From Basidiobolus meristosporus CBS 931.73 (lineage: Eukaryota > Fungi > Basidiobolomycota): a stretch of DNA of 32,321 nt. A model generated the notes under the pieces. That model saw nothing but the letters and a program-made list of their open reading frames with translations. It did not search any database and was not told the DNA's origin. Every line of letters begins with the position of its first letter. The first letter of the stretch is position 1. The stretch covers positions 1 to 32,321 of the forward strand of contig MCFE01000832.1 of NCBI GenBank assembly GCA_002104905.1, written 5' to 3'. This document shows positions 22,366-32,321 of the stretch, piece after piece. A program made the position numbers and the translations under genes.

Positions 22366-23700
22366 TTAGGATTGCAGCAGCAACCAATGTACAGTCAGTG
22401 ACATAGCCCGTACGGAAGCCACTTGAACCCCGTCAGCGGCATATCTCAACAAGTCGACCCTGGAATCGACGTCTGGGCAGATCTGAACAGAGCATTCGTC
22501 CAAGAAATCGGCGGAATCGGGACGCATACCAATTTGGATGTTTGCATCCAAGGCGGCCTGCCTCCAACGAGGGCGTTGCAAAGCGGGCGCCATCTTCGTT
22601 TCGTTCAGACCCACTTTGGGAATCACATCATGGCAGGTGAAGCGGATCCGTATCAGCACTTACCAGACGCCAAGACGGAAACCAAGGCAGGATCCTTTGC
22701 AGCAATCGCATCCAGTGGACTAGGCCTGTATCTAAATATAACCACAAGTATCCGGTGCATGCGAAAACCAGGCAGATAGCATGTTCGGCACCAATCCGCC
22801 GCTGCCAACTAATCCGTCAACTGCACCGCATGCGCTTCGCTCCTACCAAAGGTGGAGATTCCCCGCCGCCGTCTCCCTCGCATTTGCTCCGCCTCCACCC
22901 TCACCCAACTAACACCCGCCTTCGGATAACCCCAGAATTTGGAATCAGGCCATTTTAGAACCGATGAGGGGACACCAATTTCCCCTTTGTGGTTGGATGT
23001 GGGAAGAATTCCCCAATTCTGGAATATAGGATTGTGGTTGGCTTCACACAATCATACGTTAAGCTTACCGGCGATCGTCCCTCATCCCCATTGGCTCCGA
23101 GGGAAACAAGGACCCTCAGAACATCCAGGGGCAATTTTCGGCCACCACAAAGATCAAGATATTGGGGTTCTGTGGGCTTCCGACGTGCCACCGGTCAAAC
23201 ACGATTGCTAGAGTGTGGGTGGACCCGCTGCCGGGCGGGTATCACAAACATGCAGGCGTTAGTCATCAATTCATGAGACATCCAGAACCAATCTGCTCCT
23301 TGTGGGAGAGCCCTGGGCGAGCAATCATGCGGCTCCATGTTGGAAAGAGATGCATGCAGTGGCCTGATGTGCTGACTAACCATAGCCGACGATCAGGGTT
23401 TACCGCGAGTTGCATGGACACTGGACTGGTGGAGACAGGAGCAATGACGGGTGCGTGGACATTCAGCACTGAATTCGACCATTTTATGGGGAACAGTTGG
23501 CTTTACGCCTCGAAGCACCCATGGAGCACAATTTATTTACTAGCTGGTGAAGGACCAGCAATCCAAACTTCATAGTAAAAACATCGGTCACCTGTCTTGA
23601 TGGTGAGGTGTGGTTACCCCCCCCCCCACACACACACACACACACCGAAGACGCTTTGGCAAGACCCTGGTGTATAATTTTGAGGAATATGCGATTCCAT
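22366..23700 (-). CDS. Putative multi-exon gene of unknown function (exact model unresolved, possibly frameshifted or a pseudogene)
   Basis: ATG at 23700. GT-AG introns that join open frames: 23592-23645 (MESHIPQNYTPGSCQSVF-GDRCFYYEVWIAGPSPA), 23019-23068 (GTAAGC..TTCCAG, ...LVSLGANGDEGRSP-NWGILPTSNHKGEIG...), 22614-22663 (GTAAGT..AAG). The sequence is CpG-normal. No family recognised, and not all exons could be phased. Confidence 0.4.
23617..23645. repeat. C11-(AC)n simple repeat
   Basis: Read directly. It falls inside the predicted 54-nt first intron of the unknown gene. Confidence 0.9.
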
Positions 23701-23759
23701 ATCGTGGGAATATATACATGTTACTGAGCTACTGCTTCCGTTCCAAGCCTGGTGGAACA

Positions 23760-25367
23760 TCAGGCCTCCTGCTCAGCCTCTTTTCCGTCCACCAACTTTC
23801 GCTCGTGGTTTCGCTTCACCCAACCCAGTAGAAGGCAATCCAGGGCGCCGAGGATTGCGATCACAGAGAAGAAGATCTCGAGATTGCGGTAATCTTGGTT
23901 CTTCGAGATGATTTTGGCGTTGATTAGCGGGAAGACGGTGGCAGAGAAGAAGTAGGCGCTGGAACTAAACCCGAATGCCGTCCCAAGATGCACCTCTTCA
24001 ACGACGAAGGGGACCAGTGGCCATACAGCTGCGGTGAAAAACGAATACGCAATTCCCAAGATCACGTAGCCAACATAAGGAGTCAACGTTGAGAGCCCCA
24101 GTATCAGATGTGCTATACAGATCAGTACGGCTCCAATAAAGGCACTGGCAACATGTTGTCTCGTCTGGTCCAACAGAAATCCAAACACTGGAGTGCCGAA
24201 TGCAGAAATCCAATTGATAATCGAGGTCACTAGAGATCACATCGTCTTTAGTCAGGTTGTTTGGGGGAAGCAACAGCTGAACCACCTACCAGCACCGGCT
24301 TTGACGGCGTTTCCAGGATACCACTTGCTTTGTAGGAAAGTACTAGAGGTCCACCCAAATGTAATTGCGCCTAAATTTGTTGACCGCATAAGGATCCGCC
24401 AAAGTCAGAGTAACTGTGGAAGTACTGCTTACCGTATAAAAGTACTGCGTACACCAAGAGCAACCAGAACCTGGAACCGAGAGCGAGCACCTCTTTGAGC
24501 TTTAATCGCTCCTCGGATGACTGATTCCCGTCCAGAACCAAAACACCTTCTTTCACTCTTCTCTCGTCGGTGTCTAGGATAACAAGACCCATGGCGCAGG
24601 CGAAAGAGACCAGGCAGAGGATAAACCCAAACCAATTCGTAAAGTCAAGGCCGGTATGTCTCTCTAGTCCTGCTGTGGCAGCGTCTGCGATAGCAGAGCC
24701 AACCTTACCTATGGTAATGTTTACAGCCAGCGCAAAGGCCAACCTACTGGAGCGAAACCATTGGGCGGTGATTTTCGCCTGAATTACCGATAAACAGCCG
24801 TTGCCGATCCCCAACAAGAATCTCCCTATGCACATTAGCCAGAATGCCTTGACGCTGACACCAATGGCGAAAAGGGCCTGGCCAATGCAAACAGAACTTG
24901 CGAATGTTATCAAGTTGAGTCTGCGTCCCAATCGATCTAGGAGCACTCCACCGAAGAAGGGGAAGAATATATTTGGGAGGGAAGCGATGGAATACAGCAC
25001 TCCGAGTTGATAATTCCAAATATCGATGCTTTCTTCCAAGTGTTCACGCAGTTGGACGCTGATAATCTACAATCGAAACAAACAACGGTAAGTAACCAAC
25101 AAGCGAAAAGAAAATCTGCAAAGGCAATACTGACACCCGGCGTATCTCCGCTGTAAGTATGGACAAGAAACAGCCAAATTAGTCGCTGTTGTAAAGTAAA
25201 GCAAACGCGAGACACAAGTACCAGTAGTAGCTTCCAAAGATTAGAAAGGAGGAGAACAGCAGAATTAACCAACGAAAGCGGCCGGAGCCAAGAACCGTGG
25301 CTTTATCTATGGGGGTAATGACCTCTTGCGAGTCAAGTTCAGTGGACAGGCGAGCTTTACTGGACAT
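23760..25367 (-). CDS. MFSD1: MFS transporter, MFSD1-like (lysosomal/vacuolar type), 5 exons, ~448 aa
   Basis: Exons 25367-25222, 25150-25135, 25066-24433, 24370-24290, 24229-23760 splice in frame at GT-AG sites. RWLILLFSSFLIFGSYYCGDTP resembles the MFSD1 FGSYFCYDNP motif. Also LYSIASLPNIFFPFFGGVLLDRLGRR, MFS motif A (GFLLDQTRQ) and many hydrophobic segments. The orthology symbol is tentative. Confidence 0.85.
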
Positions 25368-26787
25368 TTGAAAGCTTCGAAGAGATTTTGTCAAGGTATA
25401 GAAACGCTACCAAGCTGGGCGGAAATAGCCTTCGGAAAAAAGCGGTGTGCTGGAGATATTTATGTACAACCTAGATTCTGGTTACCAAAATGGTTGGCCG
25501 TAAGTAACCCCGTTTACTGAAGTCACATAGAATTTATAATCAACCGAGTGTAGTTGAGCGGATAATCAGGACAAATCTGATCACCAACAATTTCTAATCA
25601 ATCCGATAGTAGACTCAACCTGAGGAATTTACCAATTCTGGTTATCTTGGGCCTCTCAGCGCTGGTATAGGCCGCTTTTGGAATTCATTTGTGGGCGTGA
25701 ATTAATTGTTTGTCATTTGAAACCAGAGCTTGACCAAACACCACGTTAACATCAGTCTAGGTATCAGCCTGTCGATCAACGAGCAAGCGAGGGTGTGTAC
25801 CTTAGTAATTGGCTGGGATACTGAAGAGGAGTATCAGATCCATGGCAATTATCAGATCACGGATCAAGCCAATGTGAATCAACTGCTCAGATCATTGCCT
25901 TTGTCAGCGATGAGAAGGCGAGGCTGAACTGGTGTTGTTGCCGCTATGTATCAATACCAGTATCGTAAGCGACCGCGGCAATGTTGTATTGCTATGGGGA
26001 AGGTTGCGAATCAGAAGCAGCAGGGTCGATTTCCGGCCAACCTGCATGCACCTTAACTCACCGCCCAGTTCCTTCGAAAGAGTGAGAATTGCTGCCTCTC
26101 TGAGCACACCACCTCCCTGTTTTTGTTGTCAGGCCATTTCTCCGGTCATCTTTTCCACTGGTGGACAGCCGTCAGTGTGAGCTATGCGCTTTTCGACGGG
26201 GAGGTGGCCACCCAAAGTGGATATGGCCAACAGTCACTGAAAACATGTGCTAACGAGGTTTCGACAGATTGCCGCCCCCGGCCTCCCTTTGTAAGGTAAG
26301 ATGTACTTTCTATCCAGAAGCGTCGCCCGCTTTCCCTTCACTCTTGAGCTCAACGTCTTTTGCCAACGAAGGAAATCGCCCTCCCTGCATATGAGGCAAT
26401 CAAGCGTCTCCGCGCACCCAAGAATATTTGAAATTCGCAAAATCGTTTATTAATCAATCGCTCTAAGAAATATCTAACTACAAGGTTAGAGCATGTTTCT
26501 GCCGATTAGCCTGGGTTTAGAGCATCAAAGCTGAGAATCGCAGGCTCCGAAATTGATATAGCGTATGCTCAACATTGATTGAGGCAGGTTATTTGGGGAG
26601 GTAAGGGTATGTACGACTGCTGAAGCTCACATTACTTGGGATGTATAGATAAAAACCAGACATGAGCCGAAAAGCTCACTAAAAATAAAAGATTAAAAGA
26701 CGTCATAAATACAACCAGTCAGTTGATACGGGAATGCAACACGAGAAATTAGGGACAACCGGCATCTCTCCAGGAGATTATTACTGC

Positions 26788-27291
26788 TCAATCCTTGCAG
26801 CTTAGGCACAGTATAGAGTCGGAAGATAAGTCGTCGTATCTGCACATCATACAGTTGTTAGCCACGGAGAATAATGAATCTCAAGGCTGAAAAAATACGT
26901 ACTTGATGATAATACACATTGAGCAAAACTTCAGCCCACACCGCTCACATCTTATTCCGCAATTGCCACAAAGTAATTCAACGCAAAAACTACAACTTGC
27001 AGTCAGTGAAATCTTCTTACACTGCCCACACGTAGTTGTAGGCCCCAAGCACTTTGAGGGTTTTGGATTGCCGCTTTGATTCGTGGATTCAGGGGTTAAC
27101 GCGTATATTCCTATCGATCCTTTGCAAAATCATATTTAACAAGGTGGATGAAGGAGTGCTCGAGTAATTGTGGATGAGGACATACCAAAGGATGTGTTCT
27201 TGTCTGCCTCGATGCGAATATCCTTCCGTAATTGACTGACTTCACCAAAAGGATTTTTCCTCTTCGCTGAATGATCGACGCATAATTTCAT
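26788..27291 (-). CDS. SIVA1: Siva-like (apoptosis regulator Siva family) zinc-finger protein, 3 exons, 124 aa; absent from the ORF track
   Basis: Exons 27291-27186, 27119-26903, 26839-26788, with introns GTATG..AAG and GTACGT..GCTAAC..TGCAG. The protein is MKLCVDHSAKRKNPFGEVSQLRKDIRI...CGQC-x8-CSFC-x4-CGNC-x3-CERC-x4-CSMC-x14-CLSCKD*. The N-terminal KRxxPF motif and six CxxC pairs with 4-3-4 spacing match animal Siva as I recall it. Confidence 0.8.
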
Positions 27292-28012
27292 ACTTGCGTT
27301 CCAAAACTTCACAGGGGTATAGAAAAGTCAAGTGTCTGAGGGATTTGATCAGGAGTTCGATCGTTGTTGGTGTAAGGTTCGTAAAGCCTCTGAAACGGTC
27401 GTACTTGGGGCCAAGGTTGCTTTTGGGAAATAAGTCCGTGTATCCGTATATTTACCGAGATTACAAATACGACGATATTGGATAACATTATCAGAGCGCC
27501 ATACCATCAAGATTGCGGAATTCCCTGGGACGCATATAGGCTTCGCTTTAGTCATCAATGTCATGATTAAGCTATTTTGTTCAGCATGCTTTCTCAACCA
27601 ATGATGTCCCGACATCAAGCAATAAAGGCTTAGAATGTTCCTAGGATCACTAGCATGAGATAAACAGAATAGTTAAGTTTCTCTGGAAATTCAGCAGACC
27701 CTGGAAAAGTGGATTATTCCAGTAAGCAAGGAACCACGTCGCTAACCAACCTCTGTTTCTTACAAGTCCTGAAGCCATCGGACAAATCTCAACTCGGGAA
27801 GCTTTTGACTGCTTTTATTTTTTGAATGCTTTTGTGATTCCCGTATAACTAATAGAGAAGAATATATATTTTCCCGGCGGGAAACATCCTTCATTCTGCA
27901 CAGAAGCAAACCATATCTAACTCATTCCTGAGGTTCCAATAACTCGCATTTATTCAAGAACATTTTATTTTTCATCCTATCCAATTTATCCTCCTGATTG
28001 CGGCTAGAAGGC

Positions 28013-31000
28013 ATGACTATTATTGACAATGACCACCTCGAGGAGGTAGCTAAAAAATCTGGAGACTTAAAGATACCTGAGCACGAACGTCTTGAGCAGT
28101 TGATTGTTTTAACTGAACTGATGAAGCGCGAAGCTCACAAATTGAGCCAAGAACAAACTCTCACCGTCATAAAGAGGCAAGTACTTTAATCTTGACCAAG
28201 GAATTATTGGCCCATCCCGGCAAACTAATGCTTTCCTTCCCCTGAAGCTTACGTCTATGTTTAGTCGAGCAAAACAAGGAGATTCGGTGGATGGGCTTTC
28301 GCATATGCCGATATCTACTGACAAGCCCGCATTCCCCCCAATTGATGTTCGAGTTCCACTTTGACCTGTTCATAATAAGGTAATTTTCGCAAGGGAGCAA
28401 GATTGCATGATATATACAAGACCCATTCAGCCCCTCTAACGCTTGGCTTTACTTAGAACTCTAATGAGGGACCAAAAATTCGATCCTGAGCGCGAGCAAG
28501 CTCTGAAACTGACTAGAGGCTTAATCAGCTGTGCAAACAAGACCAGCTTTATCAAGCCCGGAATAGTTCGGGCATTAATAGCAATCGCCGAGCAGCCAGA
28601 CGATAGAATAAGACTGGTGTGTCTGGAGACTCTGTGTGAACTAAGTAATCATTGCCTTGATTTATGCTTAGCGTGGACATTACTGATCTTCCTTTCCTCA
28701 CCAGTGATCCAGAATGTAGAGTTGGTTGTGTCTTGTGGAGGAGTCAGGGTGGTGTTACAGGCTTTGATGGATGGTCCAAAAGAAATTATAGACCCTTTAG
28801 TTATGACCTTGCTTTATATCGTGGATAAGCCACAAAGTCGTGTCTTTATACGACCTGCAGTTGATTTGGAGGTAGGAATTGTCGTATATTTCACAAGTGG
28901 CTCGCGCTCAACCGATTGCGTTAAACTTTTCCCGACAGATGGTTATATCGAGCTTCACCGATACATACACACTTGCTCAAGGCTATGAAGAGAGACTGAA
29001 ATCACACGCTCGTATCGTCTCCACCTATTTGAAATCATGGACGGGTAAGTACACACACACACACACGCAGAAAAGTTTCCGCTGACTAACGAAAATCCCA
29101 AACAGGTCTGATCTATCTCTCTATGGACAGCAAGAAGGCCATCAAATCCATCATACTCTCATTAAAGTCCCCTCTTAAAGAAACTAAGGTTTTTATGGAC
29201 ACATGGACTTCTCGCCAATAAGACAGGCAACTAATGTCAGGATTTTAGAAAATTGTACTAGAAATGTTATTCGACTTGTTTCGGTTCAAATACCCCAAAA
29301 ATCCCGCTAGAGCAATGAAGGAGTTGAATCAAAGTAAGCCACCCTATTCCACCTTTTCACGAATTCCTTTAACCCCGGCCGTCGAAGTATACATCCAATC
29401 CACAGGTGGCCCCAAAACAAGCAATGGCCTGGACCTCGTGGAACACCACCTGGCCATACTTTTAATCCTCTTCGTTGACGCTGGTCTCATTGAGGTAGAT
29501 TTCGTGTAGCAATCTCTATGAACATCGCCTTGCCCCGGTGCTCATCTATTTGCCTAGATCCTCATCGAGCTGATTGAAAGTGAGAGCAAGAGTACATCTG
29601 AGGTTGCAACCATACTAGTTGCCCAAGTACTACAGCTTGGAAATCGACTGCTACCTGGTTCTTACGGGCCCAAGATACAGGTGGGGTTCTCTGTGAATCC
29701 TCTCGCATACCTCTAATCCTAACTTCACGGATGCAACAGGCACTCCCACGCTTGTTTAAAATGGCTGCTAGTTTTGGTGACGAGAAGCTTCGACACGTGG
29801 CCACAGACGCACTAAGCCAGATCGATAATATGCGAAGACTAGATCAACATTCAGTGAACGGTGCTGCAGATAGGTAAATTCTGCGATGTCTATTCAACCG
29901 GTCTGTCATAGACTTGTATTAATATACCGCCGTACAGGTCTGGGAAACTAAAAAACCGCGAGCAGCGTCAGGTGGAGCAGGCGAAGATCCGAGTGGGCAA
30001 ACAGATTGACGACTTGCAATTCAGGAATATGCTGAACGACACGCAGGTTCTTAGCGAAAAAGAGTACACGAAGTGGAATTGGGAACTCATCTTGGAGCTA
30101 ATCCAAGCCTTTGCTGAACGCCAAGCGTCTTGAGGAAGCCATAAAGGCACGAAATTCTTGAAACGACTGATTTGTTTTTACCGGCCATCTTACCAATTAT
30201 TCTCAACATTCCCAAAACGGAGGTAGGCTGAGCGTTCGCGAGGGTGGTTTCTTTCGACACCGCCTAATTCACCAGCTTTATTAGAAAAACATGCAGTACG
30301 TGGACATTGGGTGCGCATTAATGTCCACACTACTGGCAAACCCCGAGGGGTGCGATATCTATCCGAAAACAAATTCTTACGCCAGATCCGCGAGTGCCTT
30401 AGTCAGCTGATCCCGTTAGTAGCGCTGTACACTTTTCTAATGGGCCCTTGCATTCTGACGCTAGTTCATGGGTATCTAGGTGTATGGAAGCCCCGAAGAG
30501 GAGCCGATGTTCTCAAGAGAGAGAATGGAAGCCACCCTGACATCCGGATATTTCACGTTGTTAGGCACACTATGCCAGCACAGTGAGGGGGTTTGGCTGA
30601 TGGAGCAATTCAAGATCTTCAGTTTGTATTACCACCTTAGTGAATTGCGCAGTCGGGACGATTTGATCAGAGCCATCATCGGGAACATGGATTATAGCAT
30701 GTGCGTGAGCTGTCTGAGATTCACATCTACTCTTACTCATTCATATATATTCTCAGGGATGGCCATCCTCGCATAATCTTATCTAAAATCATGACATCGC
30801 ATACAAGGTATCGATTCAGCATCGACCAACTTAACTCCATGGCCAGCAGCATGTTAACTCTTTACGCAAGCATATCCGACTTTTTGCTACCAAATACCTT
30901 CAAACGATCATTCGAGCCAGCGGTAATGAGTTCAACGAGTGGGCCATTAGACTGTTGATCACCCAGGTAAGCAGCCACGTTTGTTCCCCATTCATAATAG

Positions 31001-32321
31001 GCCACCAACACATCTCTTTAAGCTGTATGACCCGTCGGTCGAAGTGTGCGAGATGGCAGTGAAGGTTCTGGATGAAGCATGCAAGAACCAACAGAATCTT
31101 GAGAGCCTGGTCCGATTACGACCAAGTTTAGAGCACCTCGGCGACATCGGAAACCCGCTTTTGTTAAGGTAATATTCGATACGAGGCTGACCTGGAGTTA
31201 TGTGACATGCCGACTGACAGGGAGCCAGATTTCTATCCACCTCTACAGGATTCCGGTATCTGCTTGAACTGGACTACATAGAATCGGAAATGGAAGACTG
31301 GTTTGAGGTTTGTGGTGGTGATGTAGCGGCATTTTCGGTGATCATTTGAGCTAACTTTCAGACGATGCTGCAACTTAGCGACGCAATAAGAACTATGTCA
31401 TCCATCTCGAGCTTGCATTGTCGAAAGCGCTAAGTAATGACCCAGCTCCGCCCGTTCCAAAGCCCACCACAGGGAAGTTCGACAGTGGTGATGTGGACCC
31501 AGAGCCCGATCCGTACGTATTTGCTTGTGATTGTGTTGAGGAGGTCTACCCCTAATGATTTCCCTTACCAACTAGACCTGCGGTCCTGCTCACCCCACCC
31601 CATTTCTATGGCGGGCTAACGCGAACCAAGGAAGGCTGCGATCTTCTCCGCAAGAAAGGTCATTTCAAGCACTTCGCCGAATTCCTTCGCACCTATTCGA
31701 TCGACTTCGGCGACAAGCACGCCATTCTCGAGCTGAAGTCCATACTGTGGGCAGTGGTATGTTCCAGCCGAACTGACGGCGTAGTTGGCCCACCCACATT
31801 GAGGACGTGCACTCATCAGTAGGAACCTTTTTAGGGGCACATCGGATCGACGAAGATTGGATTGCGATTCCTGGAGGAGGAAGACGTGATCAAGAATATC
31901 GTGGACATCGCGGAGAACTCCCCCGTACTATCTCTTAGAGGGTAATTAAGTCGAGCACACGGTTAATTCGACACCACCCCCACTAACCATCCTTCCCCCC
32001 CCCCTCCCTCACTCCTGGAAATCCCCCAGCACGGGCTACTATGTACTAGGGCTGATTTCGCGATCCTCACAAGGGGCGGACATACTGGAGGAGTTCGGTT
32101 GGCAAACCGCCAACATCGCACTGGGAACCTCTCGGGGGCTATGCGTGCCAGAGGACCCTAGTAAATTCCTGATGGTAAGTAGGAAGAGGCGAGGAGATTC
32201 AGTATCATACGATTAACCCCTGTTCCCATCGACTTCCAGCTTCCCCCATGGAAGTTCCAAGGCAAGCAGTCACAATACGATCCGTTCAACCGGAGTTGAA
32301 CCTGGACAAAACGGAGGTAGA
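28013..32321 (+). CDS. RICTOR: RICTOR/Avo3/Ste20, TORC2 subunit; multi-exon, 3' end beyond the window, 5' start uncertain; contains apparent frameshifts
   Basis: Motifs RTLMRDQKFDPEREQALKL, RLVCLETLCEL, YTKWNWELILELIQ, LNAKRLEEAIK, KFLKRLICFYRP, GVRYLSENKFLRQIRECL, SGYFTLLGTLC, HLSELRSRDDLI, GHPRIILSKIMT, LYDPSVEVCEMAVKVLDEAC, PPHFYG.LTRTKEGC, ELKSILWAVGHIGST, AENSPVLSLRGT.YYVLGLIS. Short GT-AG introns. Confidence 0.93.
29051..29066. repeat. (AC)8 microsatellite in a RICTOR intron
   Basis: Read directly, just after the GTAAGT donor. Confidence 0.9.

Noticed and set aside
23110-23230. STHTLAIVFDRW resembling the class A GPCR DRY motif
   Set aside because: Neighbouring predicted exons do not supply seven transmembrane segments.
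22423-23575. Plus-strand ORFs with an RT-like GTPISPL stretch and a P-loop-like GCGKNS
   Set aside because: No YADD/YxDD or Walker B context. The stronger splice signals are on the minus strand.
25730-26440. Short ORFs between MFS and the Siva-like gene (25730..25927, 25904..26107, 25932..26180, 26234..26440)
   Set aside because: No recognisable domain and no consistent spliced model, although a small gene cannot be excluded.
1-32321. CRISPR arrays, rRNA or tRNA genes, prokaryotic operons
   Set aside because: None seen. The repeats are LTR/TIR-derived, the PBS is only complementary to a tRNA, and the genes are spliced eukaryotic genes.

Overview
Eukaryotic, intron-containing DNA, most likely from a non-Dikarya (early-diverging) fungus. 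That assignment is an inference from short 47-72 nt introns, a fungal-type RICTOR/Avo3, MFSD1- and Siva-like genes, and CpG-depleted repeats. The window has two compartments. Positions 1-~21.8 kb are an almost CpG-free transposon cluster. It holds two tandem, decayed copies of a CACTA/EnSpm-like DNA transposon and six insertions or remnants of one Ty1/copia family (347-349 bp LTRs, half-tRNA-iMet PBS). These are a solo LTR, truncated element D (-), an older LTR relic, element A (+), element B (-) nested in A's 3' LTR with a perfect TTCTA TSD, and element C (+). C carries a 734-bp near-palindromic MITE with an ATT TSD. Positions ~21.8-32.3 kb are CpG-normal gene space: an unidentified spliced gene (-), an MFSD1-like MFS transporter (-), a small 3-exon Siva-like zinc-finger gene missed by the ORF track (-), and RICTOR/AVO3 (+, running off the right end). 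RICTOR shows several homopolymer single-base deletions that look like assembly errors. The most unusual observations are a consistent 2-nt difference between 5' and 3' LTR tips across separate copies, a 54-bp flank duplicated on both sides of element C, nested multi-kb inverted repeats, and the hidden Siva-like gene. All coordinates and alignments were worked out by eye; no database searches were run.
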